Virus record (IMG/VR): IMGVR_UViG_3300012983_000035
Span: 40,796 to 104,795 of that record
Length of the DNA stretch: 64,000 nucleotides
Source of the DNA: a virus
Taxonomy: Duplodnaviria > Caudoviricetes
Direction: 5' to 3' (one strand)
Each line of letters begins with the position of its first letter. Positions within the stretch are counted from its first letter, which is position 1. The notes beneath the pieces were generated by a model, which was not told where the DNA came from, ran no database searches, and was given only the letters and a program-made list of their open reading frames with translations. Both the position numbers and the translations under genes were made by a program. Below are positions 60,965 through 64,000 of the stretch, piece after piece.

Positions 60965-61510
60965 ATGGGAAATCCATGGATTAAATCTTGGAATGGAAAC
61001 ATGCTTATCGTAGGACAAGTATATCAAGTAAATGGAAACTTTTATACATATGCCGGTGATTTTCAAAAAATGGAAGATGTGCCACGTATGATTTGTTGCT
61101 TTACTATTGGTGACGAGTTTAGGGTAAGACATTCTGTTCCGAATTTTAATGTCCCAGTGCAAAAGGTAATACGCAGAAATAGACCAGATGATGATAATCC
61201 TATTAATACGGATATCAAAGATACGGATAATTCTTTGATGGTCATGATCAAAACAGGTCTTAAACACAAGGGTGTTACAAGAGGAGATTTTAAGAATTCT
61301 TATGATAAGGATTCTGATATGCACAATGCTCTATGGAGAATAGAGAACGAAGACAAACTATCGTGGGACAGATTTACTGATTTATGTAGAAGATTTGGCT
61401 TACATTATAGCTTATCTCTATATGATGAGGTCGGCACTATTGAAGAAATAGATACAGGTCCAGGAGAAGGAGGAATTCAAAATGCTGATAACGGATCTAA
61501 TGCCAAGTGA
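60965..61510 (+). CDS. Hypothetical protein, possible C-terminal HTH
   Basis: GAGG SD; helical C-domain. Confidence 0.65.
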   Translation: MGNPWIKSWNGNMLIVGQVYQVNGNFYTYAGDFQKMEDVPRMICCFTIGDEFRVRHSVPNFNVPVQKVIRRNRPDDDNPINTDIKDTDNSLMVMIKTGLKHKGVTRGDFKNSYDKDSDMHNALWRIENEDKLSWDRFTDLCRRFGLHYSLSLYDEVGTIEEIDTGPGEGGIQNADNGSNAK

Positions 61511-62060
61511 AAAAATTATACCTGTTGATGTAGATGTGATTGCTGAAAAATTTAAACTTTTTGTAGCAAAAATGTTTTCATCTTTCATATTTAACAAGCA
61601 ATATTCTAAGATCGTTATGTCATGTCACAACTCCTCTGATAAAGGATTGTTTCTAGCTGAACAAGAAGCCGTTGACAAATCTAACGAAATAATACGCCAA
61701 TTGAATATTCAGGATATAAGAGTATGTATAATAGCTTTGTCAAATAATACAGTAGATCCTATGATTATATTTGAATTGAAAACAGATAATGCTGTCAATT
61801 TTATCGTAAATCAAATGGATGATTTTGAAAATTATATCAAAAATAACGTTACTCGATTTAGCGACAAACAAATACAGACTCTGTTGGATAGATTTGATGG
61901 AAGTTTGAGTACAACTGAATTGGCTAATTTTATGGAATTGTTACTTGAGACGATTAGTAAAGGCCATTATAAGGTAATATGTCCGAGTCCAATTTCATTA
62001 GACAAGTTAAATAATATGCTTATGACTAAAATCTACGATATAGAAATGTGCGATAAATGA
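61482..62060 (+). CDS. Hypothetical protein
   Basis: AGGAGG SD; terminator at 62066-62102. Confidence 0.7.
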   Translation: MLITDLMPSEKIIPVDVDVIAEKFKLFVAKMFSSFIFNKQYSKIVMSCHNSSDKGLFLAEQEAVDKSNEIIRQLNIQDIRVCIIALSNNTVDPMIIFELKTDNAVNFIVNQMDDFENYIKNNVTRFSDKQIQTLLDRFDGSLSTTELANFMELLLETISKGHYKVICPSPISLDKLNNMLMTKIYDIEMCDK

Positions 62061-62158
62061 TATTTAAATCAGCCGAGCTTATTGCTCGGCTGATTTTTTT
62101 TTACATAGAACATCATATTGATTATTATCATAATTTTAATATTATATGGAGACTAAAT

Positions 62159-63100
62159 ATGAATCTGACAAATTTAACATCAGTTTCAATAGTCGCAGTT
62201 TCAATATTGGGAACGGTTATAATTGTATTTTTTATTTTGCTTATTGTCCACGTTAAACGTTCTGGAGGGAAAGCTTCAGGTAGTGTTTCTGATGGTAAAC
62301 ATTCTGTTTCATTTACTTTAGAGAATGACGATGATACAAAGAGTAAACGAAAAAATAAGAAAAGTGACAACAAACCATATAGCATGACTAAAAATCAAAC
62401 TAGAGAGTTTTTGAAATCTGAATTATTAAGAACCCACAAATTCTTTACATTAACTACAAATAGATACACTAGAACATTTCACGAATTTTCAATTTATAAC
62501 AAACTTTGTGCTAAGCATGTTAAGAATGAAAGTCAAGAAGTAATAAACTTTAAAAAATTGGTTGCTGGAAAATATCTTCACGAATGTCTTTTTAAGTATT
62601 TTTGTGATTCATTAACTGAATGGATTGAAAATATGAAAAGGGATTGTGACGAGAAACTTGCTAACGGTGATGATGAAGACTTGGACGATTTTATTCCAGT
62701 TTCATATTATTCTTGTTTAGAATCTTTTTTAAATTATAAAGAAGAAACTACCAAATTAGCAAAGAGTATAAACTTTGAATTTATGGATAAAATGGTTAAA
62801 GGTATTCCTGATAAATTTATAGATATTCTTAATGATTGGAGTATGAAAAATATAAATGTAGTCAGTTCATCATTGAATGTTGTAATATATTCTACTACAG
62901 CAAGCGATTGGTTTAATCATGTTAAAGAAATACTTGACATTTATGACATAGTATTTGCGCTCATTCTTAATGACATTGATGCTACTTTGATAATATTGAA
63001 TGGTGAGATGAAAAAATATGTTGAAGATTTGTTAGGAAGACCAGTTTCATCTGTTACAGATGAATTTGATCCAGCTAAAGAAGAAGATTCTTGGAGGTAG
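62159..63100 (+). CDS. N-terminal TM protein upstream of the M23 peptidase
   Basis: Late motif at 62110; GGAG SD before ATG 62159; TM helix. Confidence 0.65.
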   Translation: MNLTNLTSVSIVAVSILGTVIIVFFILLIVHVKRSGGKASGSVSDGKHSVSFTLENDDDTKSKRKNKKSDNKPYSMTKNQTREFLKSELLRTHKFFTLTTNRYTRTFHEFSIYNKLCAKHVKNESQEVINFKKLVAGKYLHECLFKYFCDSLTEWIENMKRDCDEKLANGDDEDLDDFIPVSYYSCLESFLNYKEETTKLAKSINFEFMDKMVKGIPDKFIDILNDWSMKNINVVSSSLNVVIYSTTASDWFNHVKEILDIYDIVFALILNDIDATLIILNGEMKKYVEDLLGRPVSSVTDEFDPAKEEDSWR

Positions 63101-63103
63101 GAT

Positions 63104-63691
63104 GTGAGATACTCTTTTCCTGTAGAAAACTGTGAGATTACACTTAGATTTAATGAAAAATCTGCACACGATTCTTCTCATATTCATGGAGCATTGGATT
63201 TTGGAGCTAAGGTTGGTACACCTATTTTAGCCCCAGAAGACGGGTATATTTTTGGTTGGCAAAGCGTAAGACCTAAAGATCAGCAATATTGGCCAAATTT
63301 ACCTAATGTACACGATCATAAAAATTTCGCGTTTTCTAATTATTTTTACGATATGTATGGCGGAGTAACATTTTTAGAATCAATAGATGGTACTAGAACT
63401 CATTTATTTTGTCATTCATATGCAAATCAGATATTGAATAAGATATTTGATAGACGTTATAAATATTATGTAGAACAAAAAGAAGATAATAGATTTCCTA
63501 TATTCGCTGTGTATACTGAAAAAATTAGAGTATCAAAAGGCGATATTATAGGATATGTCGGAGCAGCAGGTTATTGTGTTCCTATAGGTTCTCGTGGTGC
63601 ACATTTGCATTGGGAAATTCATCCTGGTTTAAATATGTATAGCGAATATGAGGACAGAATTGATCCTGAGAAATTTTTGGAAATACAATGA
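63104..63691 (+). CDS. M23 family peptidase (putative endolysin)
   Basis: HGALD (HxxxD), GTPILAPEDG, GDIIGYVG, AHLHWEI (HxH). Confidence 0.88.
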   Translation: MRYSFPVENCEITLRFNEKSAHDSSHIHGALDFGAKVGTPILAPEDGYIFGWQSVRPKDQQYWPNLPNVHDHKNFAFSNYFYDMYGGVTFLESIDGTRTHLFCHSYANQILNKIFDRRYKYYVEQKEDNRFPIFAVYTEKIRVSKGDIIGYVGAAGYCVPIGSRGAHLHWEIHPGLNMYSEYEDRIDPEKFLEIQ

Positions 63692-63705
63692 TAAGAATCA
63701 ACTTA

Positions 63706-63740
63706 AATTAGTGCGGGGCATTGACCTCGTGCTAATTTTT
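63706..63740. terminator. Terminator between convergent genes
   Basis: aaattagtgcgggg-cattga-cctcgtgctaattt. Confidence 0.7.
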
Positions 63741-63742
63741 TA

Positions 63743-64000
63743 TTATCGGCCTGTGGCCGAACAAGAAGAAGATGAACAATGGCTACCAGGTTTATTTTCT
63801 ACCCAACTAGAACATATTTTATAACACAGATCAATACAAGAACCTTCATTACATGAATTATGGCAATTAGTAGCAGAGCACGAAGAACCAGAATATGAAC
63901 ATATAGCCGTTGTACAACCAAAATTACAATTATTATAACAATTACTAGATGTACAAGTGTCCGGATTAGATATAGTAGTAGCTTCACAAGTTCCACCACA
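63743..64000 (-). CDS. 3' end of a Cys-rich CxxxC-repeat protein (5'-truncated by window edge)
   Basis: Open frame ...CGGTCEA..CTSSNCYNNCNFGCTTAIC..CHNSCNEGSCIDLCYKIC..CSSSSCSATGR*; 15 Cys in 85 aa. Confidence 0.8.
   Translation of the reverse strand, partial: CGGTCEATTISNPDTCTSSNCYNNCNFGCTTAICSYSGSSCSATNCHNSCNEGSCIDLCYKICSSWVENKPGSHCSSSSCSATGR

Noticed and set aside
1545-62385. Numerous short antisense or alternate-frame ORFs inside long genes
   Set aside because: No SD or motifs; typical shadow ORFs of AT-rich coding DNA
63799-63999. 66-aa minus-strand hydrophobic ORF
   Set aside because: Shadow of the overlapping Cys-rich frame that runs to the stop at 63743 beside the terminator
1-64000. 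Stop-codon reassignment
   Set aside because: Conserved genes are intact under code 11 and use TAA, TAG and TGA as stops; the only fragmentation is explained by introns
1-64000. Tas/Nop-domain effector, chimallin, gyrB or groES in this window
   Set aside because: No ORF shows recognisable motifs by eye; remote homologs cannot be excluded without HMM or structure search

Overview
An AT-rich segment of a jumbo phage of the phiKZ/AR9 (PBS1) supergroup, with almost all genes on the + strand. Hallmark genes are two split multisubunit RNA polymerase subunits (beta-C, beta'-C), the C-terminal half of a split PolB, a small PolB-palm-like protein, RecA/UvsX, an SF2 helicase, a GyrA/ParC-like topoisomerase, a PhuZ/TubZ tubulin, a GroEL-like chaperonin, a sigma70-family factor and many putative virion genes. 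The anaerobic ribonucleotide reductase nrdD is split by four group I introns. All eight splice sites can be placed, giving an 839-aa spliced product, and one intron carries a NUMOD4-HNH endonuclease. Two promoter classes are visible: TATATTAT and ACA-N6-T(A/G). The most unusual signal is non-coding. Two separate arrays (9852-10166 and 52650-52844) are built from ~37-nt units in which two short conserved repeats (TGWAYC, ATAACAMAC) alternate with two variable 10-13-nt spacers. This is a TIGR-like dual-spacer guide architecture, but no Nop/Tas effector is visible in the window, and there are tentative split-spacer matches to the phage's own genes. Also notable: a ~480-nt structured RNA containing a tRNA-like domain and an anti-SD-like loop, a stand-alone degenerate Hint/intein protein, a candidate -1 frameshift in a tail-chaperone-like gene, and parts of a CXXX Cys-rich peptide modification system. 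All annotations are by eye from motifs; no database search was run.
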